Positions 14,221-22,882 of a stretch of DNA of 38,226 nt are shown piece by piece. The translations under genes and the position numbers were made by a program. The stretch is from Candidatus Nomurabacteria bacterium (GTDB lineage Bacteria; Patescibacteriota; Minisyncoccia; Phycocordibacterales; UBA9973). Under the pieces are notes generated by a model that saw only the letters and a list, made by a program, of their open reading frames with translations, did no database searches and had not been told where the DNA came from. Each line of letters starts with the position of its first letter. Position 1 is the first letter of the stretch. The stretch lies in contig JAQBRC010000043.1 of the NCBI GenBank assembly GCA_028286705.1, forward strand, positions 1 through 38,226, written 5' to 3'.

Positions 14221-15429
14221 ATGGGTTTTTTCAAGTCTTTTTCAAAAACGACGCTGTTGCCACAAAGCAATCGCATCTATCTCGATTTTGCCTCGAGTAC
14301 GCCACTTGATCAGGAAATGCTCTCGTCATTTCCCAAAGTTTCAACAATGGCACTGCAGGCAAACCCCAGCGCATTGCACAAGGAAGGATTGGCAGCCAAA
14401 AAGGTACTTTCTGATGCTCGGGCACTCGTTGCCAAGACATTGGAAGCGCATAGCGATGAAATTGTTTTTACCTCAAATGCAACTGAATCAGACAATCTGG
14501 CACTCCAGGGAACTGTTCGTGCATTACTTGCACAAGGTGTTGAAAAAGAATCAATTGCCATTGTTACAACTGACACTGAACATTCAGCTGTACTCGAAAC
14601 AGTTAAAATACTTGGAGAAGAAATATCAGTTACTGTTTTAGCAACAGAGCAGGGAATTATCGACCCAAAACAAATTGTTGTTGATGAAGGAATAAAGGCA
14701 TTAGTTGTTTCTGTGATGTACGTGAACAATGAGATTGGGGTTGTGCAGCCAATATATGAGATTGCGAAGCGAATACGCTTCCTACTCAAGCACAATCCTG
14801 ATGCAGCAATCCTTCTGCACGTTGATGCTACACAGGCGCCGCTGCATTTTTCATTGAATGTACAGAAATTGGGCATTGATATGATGACGCTTGGTGCAAC
14901 GAAATTGTATTGTCCAAAAGGAATTGGAATGCTCTATGTTAAAAGAGGTACCCCAATTGCTGCAATTCAGTATGGCGGGGGACAGGAATTTGGCTTGCGT
15001 CCAGGTACTGAACCAATTCAACTCATTCACGATTTTGCATATGCGCTTTCGTATGCTCAAGAGCATGTTGAAGGATACTCTCGTGACATATCAGAACTTC
15101 AATCATATGCAGAATCATTAATTAAAAAAGATATTCCCTCTGCAACAATAACAGCAGAACAGATTGAACGTACTCCGCACGTTACTCATATCGCGTTAAA
15201 GGGCTTTGATAGCGAGTTATTGGTACTAGAACTTGATGCTCGCGGCATTGCTGTTAGTGCCAAGAGTGCCTGCAAAAATGAGGATGTGAATGAATCTGGC
15301 GTTGTCGAACGTATATATGGAGAAGGGTGGGGTGCAGTACGCATGTCATACGGACGAAATACGACCAAAGATCATGTTGCAAAAGCCGTTGCTGCGCTCG
15401 CATCTATCCTGGAAAAATATAGACAATAA
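14221..15429 (+). CDS. cysteine desulfurase (NifS/IscS-like, class V aminotransferase)
   Basis: The start is moved to ATG 14221 (MGFFKSF...IYLDFASSTP). Motifs: HVDATQA, PLP-lysine context TLGATKLYCPKGIGMLYV, and active-site-loop Cys SAKSAC. The 61 codons upstream in the track ORF run antisense through the DUF4446 gene. Confidence 0.85.
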   Translation: MGFFKSFSKTTLLPQSNRIYLDFASSTPLDQEMLSSFPKVSTMALQANPSALHKEGLAAKKVLSDARALVAKTLEAHSDEIVFTSNATESDNLALQGTVRALLAQGVEKESIAIVTTDTEHSAVLETVKILGEEISVTVLATEQGIIDPKQIVVDEGIKALVVSVMYVNNEIGVVQPIYEIAKRIRFLLKHNPDAAILLHVDATQAPLHFSLNVQKLGIDMMTLGATKLYCPKGIGMLYVKRGTPIAAIQYGGGQEFGLRPGTEPIQLIHDFAYALSYAQEHVEGYSRDISELQSYAESLIKKDIPSATITAEQIERTPHVTHIALKGFDSELLVLELDARGIAVSAKSACKNEDVNESGVVERIYGEGWGAVRMSYGRNTTKDHVAKAVAALASILEKYRQ

Positions 15430-15518
15430 TGCTACTATATAAAATATACCGATTCTCTGAATTCAGTTACGGCAGCAGGTCAGAATTCCTTTTACAAAGA
15501 AATTAATTAGACATACCA

Positions 15519-18209
15519 ATGCCACCACTAAATCAATTCACAACGAAAGCAAAGGAGGCAATTAAGCGAGCTCATGAGCTGGCAATTGAACGGGGGCAAA
15601 ATAACGTAAACACCATGCACTTGCTGGCGTCATTGCTCGTTCAGGAAGATTCAAATGTTGTGACATTGCTTGATCACATGGATATCGACAGCATGTTGCT
15701 GACCGACTCAGTTCTTGAAGGAATAGAGTCTGTAGATACTCATACAACCGTTGCTCCGTCATATCAAATGTTTTTGACTGGAGACCTTGCTCAAGCAATT
15801 GAGCACTCATTGAAAGTTGCAGCAGAACTCAAAGATAACTTTGTTTCTACCGAGCATCTCTTTCTTGCACTCTTAGATATTAAAAATCAGGCATCAGAAC
15901 TGCTCGATCAATTTAAAGTTGACCGGCCGGCCTTGGTGCGCGCCATAGAGGAATTCCGTAACAACAAAGGCGGTGAAGCGGGCGGGAATAAAAAGATGCG
16001 TATGCTTGCCAAGTTTACGCGTAACCTCACCACTATGGCCCGGGAAGACAAGCTCGACCCGGTTATTGGTCGTGATAAGGAAATCATGCGTATCATGCAG
16101 ATTCTTTCTCGTCGTACCAAGAACAACCCGATCCTGATCGGAGAAGCGGGAACAGGAAAGACTGCAGTCGTTGAAGGCCTTGCTAACCGCATTGCCAAGG
16201 GCGATGTGCCTGAATCATTGAAGGACAAGGAAATTGTTCTGCTTGATATTGGTTCCTTGCTTGCTGGTACAAAGTATCGCGGCGAGTTTGAGGAACGATT
16301 GAAAAACATTCTCAAGGAAGTTGAACGCATGGAAGGAAAGGTAATTCTCTTTATCGACGAAATCCACAACATTGTTGGCGCAGGAGGAACAGGGGATGGA
16401 GGCAGTGGCGACATGGCGCAGCTTCTAAAACCCGCATTGGCTCGTGGCGAAATTCGCGCTATTGGTGCAACCACTATTAAGGAATACCAGAAACACATTG
16501 AGAAAGACCCAGCGCTTGCTCGTCGTTTCCAGCCTGTATACATCGAAGAACCAAGCAAGGAAGATACCATTGCCATCCTTCGAGGTCTTAAGGAAAAGTA
16601 TGAAATCTTCCATGGTGTACACATCACTGACGATGCTCTAATTTCAGCTGCTGAACTTTCTATCCGCTACATAACTAATCGATACCTTCCGGACAAGGCA
16701 ATTGACCTGCTTGATGAAGCGTCATCTGCGCTTCGCATGGCATTGGAAAACAAGCCAGCTGCCCTTGAAGAGTCACACCGCAAAATTATGCGTCTTGAAA
16801 TTGAAAAGGAGGCACTGAAGAAGGATATTGAAAAGGATAAGGAAGTAAAGATTGCAAAGTCTCGTATCAAGGATATTGAGGCGGAAATTGCAAATGTACA
16901 GGAGCGCACAAAGGAATTGGAATTGAAATGGAAGACTGAAAAGACATTGCTCCAAGATATTGGCAAGATTAAGAAAGATACAGAAACACTTCGTTTGGAG
17001 GCTGAGGCGTGTGAACTTCGCTCAGATCTTGGACGTGCAGCAGAAATTCGCTATGGGCATCTGCCATTGCTGCAGAAGGAACTCGAAACTAAGATGGCTC
17101 GTCTGAAAAAACTACAGAAGTCACGACGTGTGCTTCGCGAGGACATTACCTCAGAAGACATCGCAGAAGTGGTATCACGTTGGACAGGGGTTCCTTTGAT
17201 GAAGATGCTTGAAGAAGAACGAGAGAAGCTTATGAACATGGAGAAGGAGCTGAAGAAGCGCGTTGTTGGACAACCAGAAGCAATTGAAAAGATTGCCCAT
17301 GTCGTTCGTCGCAACCGTGCAGGTATTGGTGATCCAAATCGCCCAATCGGTTCATTCCTCTTCCTAGGACCAACAGGTGTCGGAAAGACCGAACTTACAA
17401 AAACCCTTGCTGAGTTCATGTTCAATGACGATAAGGCACTGATTCGTGTTGATATGAGTGAGTACATGGAACGACACAGCGTGTCTAAGCTTATCGGTTC
17501 GCCGCCAGGATATGTTGGGCACGATGAGAGCGGTCAACTAACTGAAGCTGTTCGTCATCGACCGTATTCAGTTATCCTGTTCGACGAAGTCGAGAAGGCG
17601 CACCCTGAAGTGTTTAACGTATTGCTCCAAGTATTGGATGACGGACGCCTGACAGACTCAAAGGGGCGTGTAGTTAACTTCAAGAACGCTATCATCGTTA
17701 TGACTTCAAACATTGGTTCTGAATTCATTCAGAAGATGGAAAGCATTGGCTTCCATAACAACAATGAAGAGAGAGAATACGTTCAGACCAAGGAAAAGGT
17801 TGAAGGAGCGTTGAAAGACCACTTCCGTCCTGAGTTCTTGAACCGTATCGATGAGATTATTGTCTTTGATATCCTCAGTCCTGAGTCTATCAAGGAAATC
17901 GTATCGATTCGTACTAAGGTTGTACTTAACCGTCTCCTTGAAAAGGGAATCACTATTACAGTACAGGAAGACGCATTGTCATACCTTGCAAAGACAGGAT
18001 ACAATCCGCATTTCGGTGCCCGTCCATTGAATCGTCTAATTCAGACCAAGATTCTGAATCCGATCGCGGAACGTATTATTGCTCGTACCATTAACGACGG
18101 TGATACCGTAGACGTTTCTATGAAAGGGGAGGAAGTTATCGTTACTGTTCAAACCAAAAAGAAGCGCGTTAGTTCTTTCAATCGTAACAAACAGGTACCA
18201 GCCTCTTAG
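15519..18209 (+). CDS. clpB: ATP-dependent chaperone ClpB
   Basis: 896 aa. It has a Clp_N repeat, two AAA+ modules ([15 protein letters not shown]; [15 protein letters not shown]), a long middle coiled-coil between them, and the ClpB-type C-terminal D2-small domain. Confidence 0.95.
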   Translation: MPPLNQFTTKAKEAIKRAHELAIERGQNNVNTMHLLASLLVQEDSNVVTLLDHMDIDSMLLTDSVLEGIESVDTHTTVAPSYQMFLTGDLAQAIEHSLKVAAELKDNFVSTEHLFLALLDIKNQASELLDQFKVDRPALVRAIEEFRNNKGGEAGGNKKMRMLAKFTRNLTTMAREDKLDPVIGRDKEIMRIMQILSRRTKNNPILIGEAGTGKTAVVEGLANRIAKGDVPESLKDKEIVLLDIGSLLAGTKYRGEFEERLKNILKEVERMEGKVILFIDEIHNIVGAGGTGDGGSGDMAQLLKPALARGEIRAIGATTIKEYQKHIEKDPALARRFQPVYIEEPSKEDTIAILRGLKEKYEIFHGVHITDDALISAAELSIRYITNRYLPDKAIDLLDEASSALRMALENKPAALEESHRKIMRLEIEKEALKKDIEKDKEVKIAKSRIKDIEAEIANVQERTKELELKWKTEKTLLQDIGKIKKDTETLRLEAEACELRSDLGRAAEIRYGHLPLLQKELETKMARLKKLQKSRRVLREDITSEDIAEVVSRWTGVPLMKMLEEEREKLMNMEKELKKRVVGQPEAIEKIAHVVRRNRAGIGDPNRPIGSFLFLGPTGVGKTELTKTLAEFMFNDDKALIRVDMSEYMERHSVSKLIGSPPGYVGHDESGQLTEAVRHRPYSVILFDEVEKAHPEVFNVLLQVLDDGRLTDSKGRVVNFKNAIIVMTSNIGSEFIQKMESIGFHNNNEEREYVQTKEKVEGALKDHFRPEFLNRIDEIIVFDILSPESIKEIVSIRTKVVLNRLLEKGITITVQEDALSYLAKTGYNPHFGARPLNRLIQTKILNPIAERIIARTINDGDTVDVSMKGEEVIVTVQTKKKRVSSFNRNKQVPAS

Positions 18210-18221
18210 TTTACAAGACAC

Positions 18222-18246
18222 AGCCCCCATCAATTTGATGGGGGCT
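18222..18246 (+). terminator. terminator-like hairpin after clpB
   Basis: AGCCCCCATCA-att-TGATGGGGGCT (11 bp). The trailing T-run is poor (TGTCCTC). Confidence 0.5.
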
Positions 18247-18284
18247 TGTCCTCATTATAAGTAGAGTAGTTAATTGCAATATAT

Positions 18285-19064
18285 ATGCCAAAACAATGGA
18301 GTGTACAGGAGAGGCAAAAACATTTTGACCAGCTCAATACAATGTATTTAGATGAGAACAAAACGATCGGAGAGATTGGGAGGCTTTTGAGCGTGAGTGA
18401 CAAGACGATATATAAGCGACTTCTTACATTGGGAATACAAACTAATCGTGCTCAGAAGAAAAGTTATTCGAATCAACAAACAGCAATACTTATACCGACA
18501 GAATATTCGGACGATCTGGCGGAACTTTTCGGAATTTTACTGGGAGATGGATCGCTTTCTCCCACACAAGTTGTCATAACCTTGGGCAATAAGGAAAGGA
18601 GCTATGCGGAATACGTTAAGAATCTAATGCAGAGAGTCTTTAACGTTGCTCCAAAGATAGCCATAAGAAAACTAGGATATATCGATCTATTCCTGGGTTC
18701 AGTTGTGGTTAGTCGATGGCTTGTAAGTGAAGGATTAGTCTACAACAAAGTTAAATCTCAGATTGATGTTCCTCCATGGGTCTTTACTTCAAAAAGCTTT
18801 CAGAGGGCTTTCCTGAGAGGGTTTTTTGATACTGACGGGTCTGTTTACCGGCTTCGTTATGGCATACAACTTTCTTTTACAAATCACTCAGCCCCCTTGC
18901 TTGTATCTTTACAAAGAATGTTAAATACACTAGAATACCAAGCGTCGAACGTAAGTTCGTCAAAAGTGTACGTTACTCAAAAGAGCGCAATATTGAGATT
19001 TTTTAAGGAGATTGCTCCGAAAAATCAAAAGCATATTGATCGCTTTAAAGAATTTCTCGCATGA
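18285..19064 (+). CDS. LAGLIDADG-family homing endonuclease (double-motif, free-standing) with N-terminal HTH-like region
   Basis: 259 aa. The two LAGLIDADG motifs are LAELFGILLGDGSL and RAFLRGFFDTDGSV. The N-terminal segment KTIGEIGRLLSVSDKTIYKRL looks like an HTH. Confidence 0.85.
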   Translation: MPKQWSVQERQKHFDQLNTMYLDENKTIGEIGRLLSVSDKTIYKRLLTLGIQTNRAQKKSYSNQQTAILIPTEYSDDLAELFGILLGDGSLSPTQVVITLGNKERSYAEYVKNLMQRVFNVAPKIAIRKLGYIDLFLGSVVVSRWLVSEGLVYNKVKSQIDVPPWVFTSKSFQRAFLRGFFDTDGSVYRLRYGIQLSFTNHSAPLLVSLQRMLNTLEYQASNVSSSKVYVTQKSAILRFFKEIAPKNQKHIDRFKEFLA

Positions 19065-19066
19065 AT

Positions 19067-19149
19067 GCGTCGGTGGTGGAGCGGTCAATCACGACAGACT
19101 GTAAATCTGTTGCCTTCGGGCTACGAAGGTTCAAATCCTTCCCGGCGCA
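19067..19149 (+). tRNA. tRNA-Tyr (anticodon GTA), long variable arm, CCA not encoded
   Basis: GCGTCGGTGGTGGAGCGGTCAATCACGACAGACTGTAAATCTGTTGCCTTCGGGCTACGAAGGTTCAAATCCTTCCCGGCGCA. All four stems plus the variable arm pair by hand. Confidence 0.9.
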
Positions 19150-19154
19150 CAAAA

Positions 19155-19190
19155 GCAAAACGCCTCATACAATTGTATGAGGCGTTTTGC
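19155..19190 (+). terminator. terminator hairpin after tRNA-Tyr
   Basis: GCAAAACGCCTCATACAA/TTGTATGAGGCGTTTTGC is a perfect 18+18 nt palindrome. Confidence 0.6.
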
Positions 19191-19338
19191 TCGGACGTGT
19201 GGATGGGATATTGTTTTTCATTCAGCTGATGTATGCCAAGAGCGAAATGAACATAATTTACTAAAGGACTTTAATGATTGAAAAAGGATGGATTAATGAA
19301 AAGGAACTCCCCCTTATTGAAGCATGGTATCGTGAATT

Positions 19339-19818
19339 TTAACTATAACGTTGTTTTTTAATACGGGATTCTCGGATTATTAACCATAGGATAATAATGT
19401 CTATGATGGTGAGTACTAATAAAAATAGGGAATAGTGTACTATCAGATTATACAATTGATATAAAATTAGAGAACCAAGCCCAATAACAGAGGCGGTATA
19501 TGCCCACGATTTATTCAAAAATAACCCCCCAATAAGTATTAGTTTTATGATACCATGGAGCAATAAATACCATATAATAAAAATTTTCTCTGTTGGAGAA
19601 AGCTGATAAGCACTCTGTACGAGAATGTGAGAAATTATGTTATTTGGTGATTCAGCCAATTCTCCATATGCAATAAAAAGCATGAACGCTTTTATCGTAG
19701 CAGTGCTTATAATACAAAATACTATTCCGATGATAATCTCTAAAAATGCCTGTATAGCCTTAATTAAGAGAGCAATCTCATATGTTATAAATATCCTTTT
19801 CTCGCCGATCTTATTCAT
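19339..19818 (-). CDS. DUF2127-like 4-TM membrane protein
   Basis: 159 aa and very AT-rich. The architecture and stretches such as YLLLHGIIKLILIGGLFLNKSWAY...ILYQLYNL resemble DUF2127 as I recall it. TATACT on the minus strand (19832-19827) lies 8 nt before the ATG. Confidence 0.5.
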   Translation of the reverse strand: MNKIGEKRIFITYEIALLIKAIQAFLEIIIGIVFCIISTATIKAFMLFIAYGELAESPNNIISHILVQSAYQLSPTEKIFIIWYLLLHGIIKLILIGGLFLNKSWAYTASVIGLGSLILYQLYNLIVHYSLFLLVLTIIDIIILWLIIRESRIKKQRYS

Positions 19819-19963
19819 ACTAATATAGTATACCCTTTAAAAATGAAGCGTATATGAAGTGTTGTTAAAAAATATAATGACGGGGGAAGTGTAAAGAGCT
19901 TAAGGAACTAGCTCTGATTTCATAAGTTCAGTTCGAATATCTTTTATGCTTTAATATAGTGGC

Positions 19964-20512
19964 ATGAATACTAAAATTCGCTGCCCATGGTCAGAAACCC
20001 ATGAACTCTTCACTCCATACCATGACAAGGAATGGGGAACTCCGGAGCATGATGACCGCATGCTATTTGAAATGCTTAACCTCGAAGGCGCGCAGGCTGG
20101 GTTAAGTTGGCTAACCGTATTGAAAAAGCGCGAGAACTATCGCAAGGCATTTGATACCTTTGATGCAAAGAAGATTATCAAGTACACCGATGCGAAAAAG
20201 GAGCAGCTAATGCAAAACGAAGGAATCATTCGCAATCGTCTGAAGATAGCTGCGGTTATTGAGAATGCCAGGGCATTTCTTACGGTGCAAAAAGAGCATG
20301 GAAGTTTTAATAAATATATCTGGAGTTTTGTTAATAACAAAACTATTCCTCATAGCAAACGAGAAGAGGCTATGGCTATTAGCGAAGTGATGAGCAAGGA
20401 ACTTAAGAAAAGAGGATTTAAGTTTGTGGGTGCAACAATCTGCTTTGCATTTATGCAAGCGGTTGGCATGGTTAATGACCATTCTCCTGAATGCTTTAAG
20501 TATAAGAAATAA
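19964..20512 (+). CDS. tag: DNA-3-methyladenine glycosylase I
   Basis: 182 aa: RCPWSETHELFTPYHDKEWGTPEHDDRMLFEMLNLEGAQAGLSWLTVLKKRENYRKAF...HSPEC (zinc-binding Cys/His pattern of Tag). Confidence 0.9.
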   Translation: MNTKIRCPWSETHELFTPYHDKEWGTPEHDDRMLFEMLNLEGAQAGLSWLTVLKKRENYRKAFDTFDAKKIIKYTDAKKEQLMQNEGIIRNRLKIAAVIENARAFLTVQKEHGSFNKYIWSFVNNKTIPHSKREEAMAISEVMSKELKKRGFKFVGATICFAFMQAVGMVNDHSPECFKYKK

Positions 20513-20536
20513 AAAAGAGCCTGAGAGGGCTCTTTT
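20513..20536. terminator. bidirectional terminator
   Basis: AAAAGAGCC-tgagag-GGCTCTTTT lies between convergent genes. Confidence 0.75.
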
Positions 20537-20541
20537 GGTTC

Positions 20542-20832
20542 TTATCCAGTTTGCGCATAATGAGGCTGCCAGAATAACATGTTTTGAATGTTGGTTTTTT
20601 TCCTGTTATGTGTGTCCTCCCTGCACCCACACCTTTCATCGTAAGGGTAGTTGTTTCGGTTAAATTTGTCACGCGCCTCATCGATATTGTTCCAGGTTTT
20701 CTCTACCTCGTCTGGATGATAGGTTTTGACCCGTAGTGTTTTTGATAAAAAATGGATTGCATGCACGTGATGTGCTGTTTCTTTCAGGATAAATATAATC
20801 CCGCCTTTCTTAAGTTTTCTAAAATATATCAT
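20542..20832 (-). CDS. hypothetical protein (no family recognised)
   Basis: 96-aa ORF bracketed by a good promoter (see 20851-20878) and the shared terminator. The sequence is His- and Lys-rich. Confidence 0.4.
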   Translation of the reverse strand: MIYFRKLKKGGIIFILKETAHHVHAIHFLSKTLRVKTYHPDEVEKTWNNIDEARDKFNRNNYPYDERCGCREDTHNRKKTNIQNMLFWQPHYAQTG

Positions 20833-20850
20833 GTACGTAGGTTTTTCTTG

Positions 20851-20878
20851 ATAGTACGTTTTCCATCGGAATTGTCAA
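20851..20878 (-). promoter_or_regulatory. sigma70-type promoter for ORF 20542..20832
   Basis: Minus strand reads TTGACA (20878-20873), 16 nt, TACTAT (20856-20851). The ATG lies 18 nt downstream of the -10. Confidence 0.55.
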
Positions 20879-20923
20879 TTATTGCATGATACAATAGAGG
20901 TATTAGCATAATCTTTTTTATAT

Positions 20924-21829
20924 ATGTCAAAAACAACTTCAGCTTTATTGGGAATTCTTCTATTGGCACTTATTGCACTAGGTATTGTATATGCGGCACG
21001 CCATGCTACCCCGGCTGCAATTATCGATACACCTATTGTTGAGGCGCCTAATACTACTGGTCCTAATACTTCCCCAACACCTCCTCCTTCTGCTCCAACT
21101 ACAACCAAGAATCCTATTATAGGCGGATGGGTGTGGCAGAAAACTATATTCATTACCGGCACTACTAACCCTACAACAGGTTCTGGCGCGGCAGTTGTTC
21201 CTGCAGCAGGAAAATTCGTTGCTACCTTCGGTACAGATTTGAACTTTTCAAGTACGACAGACTGTAATTCTTTAAAGGGAAAATATATCGTTGATAACGA
21301 AGTACTTAGTCTAGGACCTGTTGCTGCTACAAAGATGGGTTGTGCTGCCGGATCACTGGAATCAGAGTATACAAAGGAATTGACTCGCGTACTTTCTTAT
21401 ACAATTAACGGCAATGAGCTTCATCTTAACCTGGCGCGAGATACAGGCACTATGATCTTTACTCGCTACGTTAAGATTGTAGATCCGGCACCTGTAGTGC
21501 AGCTTAATGGTTCAACGTTCCGTTTAATTTCATACAATGGTGCAGCAACAGCTGCTGACTCAAAGTACACACTAGCGTTTAACAATGGGAATCTCAGTGC
21601 AAAGTTCTGTAACGGGCTTGGTGGAAGCTATACATTAAGTAATGGAACCATTAAGGCCTCTCAAATGATTGGCACTCTAATGTATTGCAGCGATTCCAAC
21701 CTGATGAATATGGAAAGCACCTTTAGTTCAGTATTGTCAGCTGGTGCAAAACTTGAGCAGCAGGGAAGTACGCTAACTCTTACGGGGTCCAAAGGAGAGA
21801 AGTTTACATATACGGTATTCATGAATTAA
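20924..21829 (+). CDS. membrane-anchored protein with two tandem META (HslJ-like) domains
   Basis: 301 aa. An N-terminal TM and Pro/Thr linker are followed by two copies of the pattern ...F....L..S..CN...G.Y......L.......T.M.C......E......L (DCNSLKGKYIVDNEVLSLGPVAATKMGC; FCNGLGGSYTLSNGTIKASQMIGTLMYC). Confidence 0.7.
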   Translation: MSKTTSALLGILLLALIALGIVYAARHATPAAIIDTPIVEAPNTTGPNTSPTPPPSAPTTTKNPIIGGWVWQKTIFITGTTNPTTGSGAAVVPAAGKFVATFGTDLNFSSTTDCNSLKGKYIVDNEVLSLGPVAATKMGCAAGSLESEYTKELTRVLSYTINGNELHLNLARDTGTMIFTRYVKIVDPAPVVQLNGSTFRLISYNGAATAADSKYTLAFNNGNLSAKFCNGLGGSYTLSNGTIKASQMIGTLMYCSDSNLMNMESTFSSVLSAGAKLEQQGSTLTLTGSKGEKFTYTVFMN

Positions 21830-21832
21830 TGA

Positions 21833-21860
21833 AAAAGAGCCGGGATATCCCGGCTCTTTT
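21833..21860. terminator. bidirectional terminator
   Basis: AAAAGAGCCGGGA-ta-TCCCGGCTCTTTT. Confidence 0.8.
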
Positions 21861-21861
21861 G

Positions 21862-21990
21862 TTAGTTGCCCTTGTGTATTTTTGGTGGAGCTGATTTAGA
21901 AGTGTTTGGAGTAGGAATGTAATTCCTTTGAGTCATTCGGTTATTTCTTTGCTGATTCCGCATATAACCATTTTTTCTGTTGCTTGCCAT
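21862..21990 (-). CDS. candidate small basic protein (42 aa), below the ORF-track cutoff
   Basis: Hand translation: MASNRKNGYMRNQQRNNRMTQRNYIPTPNTSKSAPPKIHKGN. Extended -10 TGATATAGT on the minus strand (22016-22008) lies 18 nt upstream. The stop abuts the bidirectional terminator. Confidence 0.3.
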   Translation of the reverse strand: MASNRKNGYMRNQQRNNRMTQRNYIPTPNTSKSAPPKIHKGN

Positions 21991-22076
21991 AACGTTCTTG
22001 TTTTCTTGACTATATCACGGTCTTTAATTCTGGCAACCTCAGCTCAATCTTTACCGATTACGTATTGTGTTGTAGT

Positions 22077-22844
22077 ATGCAGGTAATGAAATCTCCCCAA
22101 AAAGACGATAAAGTATACCTGTATGGCAAACATGCATTGCGAGAAGCATTGCTGGCAAAGCCTGCGTCTGTGCAGAAAGTCTTTTTGGATGCAAATGCAG
22201 AAGGAGATAAGGATCTTGCAGGCTTGCTTGCTCAGCACAAGATTGCCTTCACTCAAATGAAGCAGGCTGGAACTCCGAATGTTGGAAACGATGCTGTTCA
22301 CCAGGGTGTTATTGCTGTTATCAATACTGAAAAATTATATACATCACTAGATGAAGTATTAAAATTATTTGATACGGTTGAGCATCCTTGTTTCGTATTG
22401 CTTGATGAATTGCATGATCCTCATAACGTTGGTGCCATCATTCGTTCAGCCGCTGCCTTTGGTGCACACGCCGTACTTATGCCTGAGCATAATCAGTCAC
22501 CAATCACCGGTACGGTTATCAAGACTTCTGCTGGTATGGTATTTCGTATTCCTATCGTGAAGATTGGAAATGTGAATCAGACGGTACGCCTGCTTAAGGA
22601 AAAGCACATGTGGAGTTATGGATTAGTGATGAACGGAGATACTGCACTGAACAAGGCAGTCTTTGATTCAGCGACATTGTTCATTGTTGGAAATGAATCA
22701 ACTGGCATTAGAGAGAAGACATTAGAACTCTGTGACATCGGACTGACTATTCCTATGAATCCTGACTGTGAATCGCTTAACGCATCTGTTGCGGCATCAG
22801 TGGTGCTGTATGAATGGAGCAGGGGAAGAGAGTTAGGAAAATAA
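22077..22844 (+). CDS. rlmB: SpoU/TrmH-family RNA 2'-O-methyltransferase, RlmB-like
   Basis: N-terminal substrate-binding motif YGKHALREAL, then LDELHDPHNVGAIIRSAAAFG, FIVGNESTGI and LNASVAASVVLYE. The first ATG in frame is 22077. The track start at 22065 is TTG, and 22086 is also possible. Confidence 0.75.
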   Translation: MQVMKSPQKDDKVYLYGKHALREALLAKPASVQKVFLDANAEGDKDLAGLLAQHKIAFTQMKQAGTPNVGNDAVHQGVIAVINTEKLYTSLDEVLKLFDTVEHPCFVLLDELHDPHNVGAIIRSAAAFGAHAVLMPEHNQSPITGTVIKTSAGMVFRIPIVKIGNVNQTVRLLKEKHMWSYGLVMNGDTALNKAVFDSATLFIVGNESTGIREKTLELCDIGLTIPMNPDCESLNASVAASVVLYEWSRGRELGK

Positions 22845-22848
22845 TAAA

Positions 22849-22882
22849 AAGCGGTAAAACTAGAAATAGCTTTACCGCTTTT
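22849..22882. terminator. rho-independent terminator
   Basis: AAAGCGGTAAA...TTTACCGCTTT stem with an internal loop, followed by a T-rich tail. Confidence 0.6.

Noticed and set aside
15456-15490. CIRCE (HrcA), CtsR or HAIR (HspR) operators upstream of clpB.
   Set aside because: TTAGCACTC-N9-GAGTGCTAA, the tandem GGTCAAA heptads and CTTGAGT-N7-ACTCAAG are all absent. Only a single GGTCAGA half-site-like string occurs. The GAATTC-containing boxes are reported separately as an unassigned motif.
19895-19945. Possible pseudo-tRNA or att-site remnant (AGAGCT-taaggaact-AGCTCT hairpin followed by GTTCAGTTCGAATATC, which resembles a T-arm) that could mark the far end of an island integrated at tRNA-Tyr.
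   Set aside because: No cloverleaf can be folded. Similarity to the tRNA-Tyr 3' end (GGTTCAAATCCTTCCCGGCGCA) is limited to a few bases. Likewise, no copy of the tRNA-Lys 3' end was found near 9520-9580. The island hypotheses therefore rest only on composition and position.
20752-20772. The AHHVHAIH stretch in ORF 20542..20832 as an HUH (Y1 transposase/Rep) or HIT (HxHxHxx) motif.
   Set aside because: The spacing does not fit the HIT triad (H-V-H-A-I-H has an extra residue). No catalytic Tyr motif or other transposase/Rep blocks are visible. The ORF is only 96 aa, so I left it as hypothetical.
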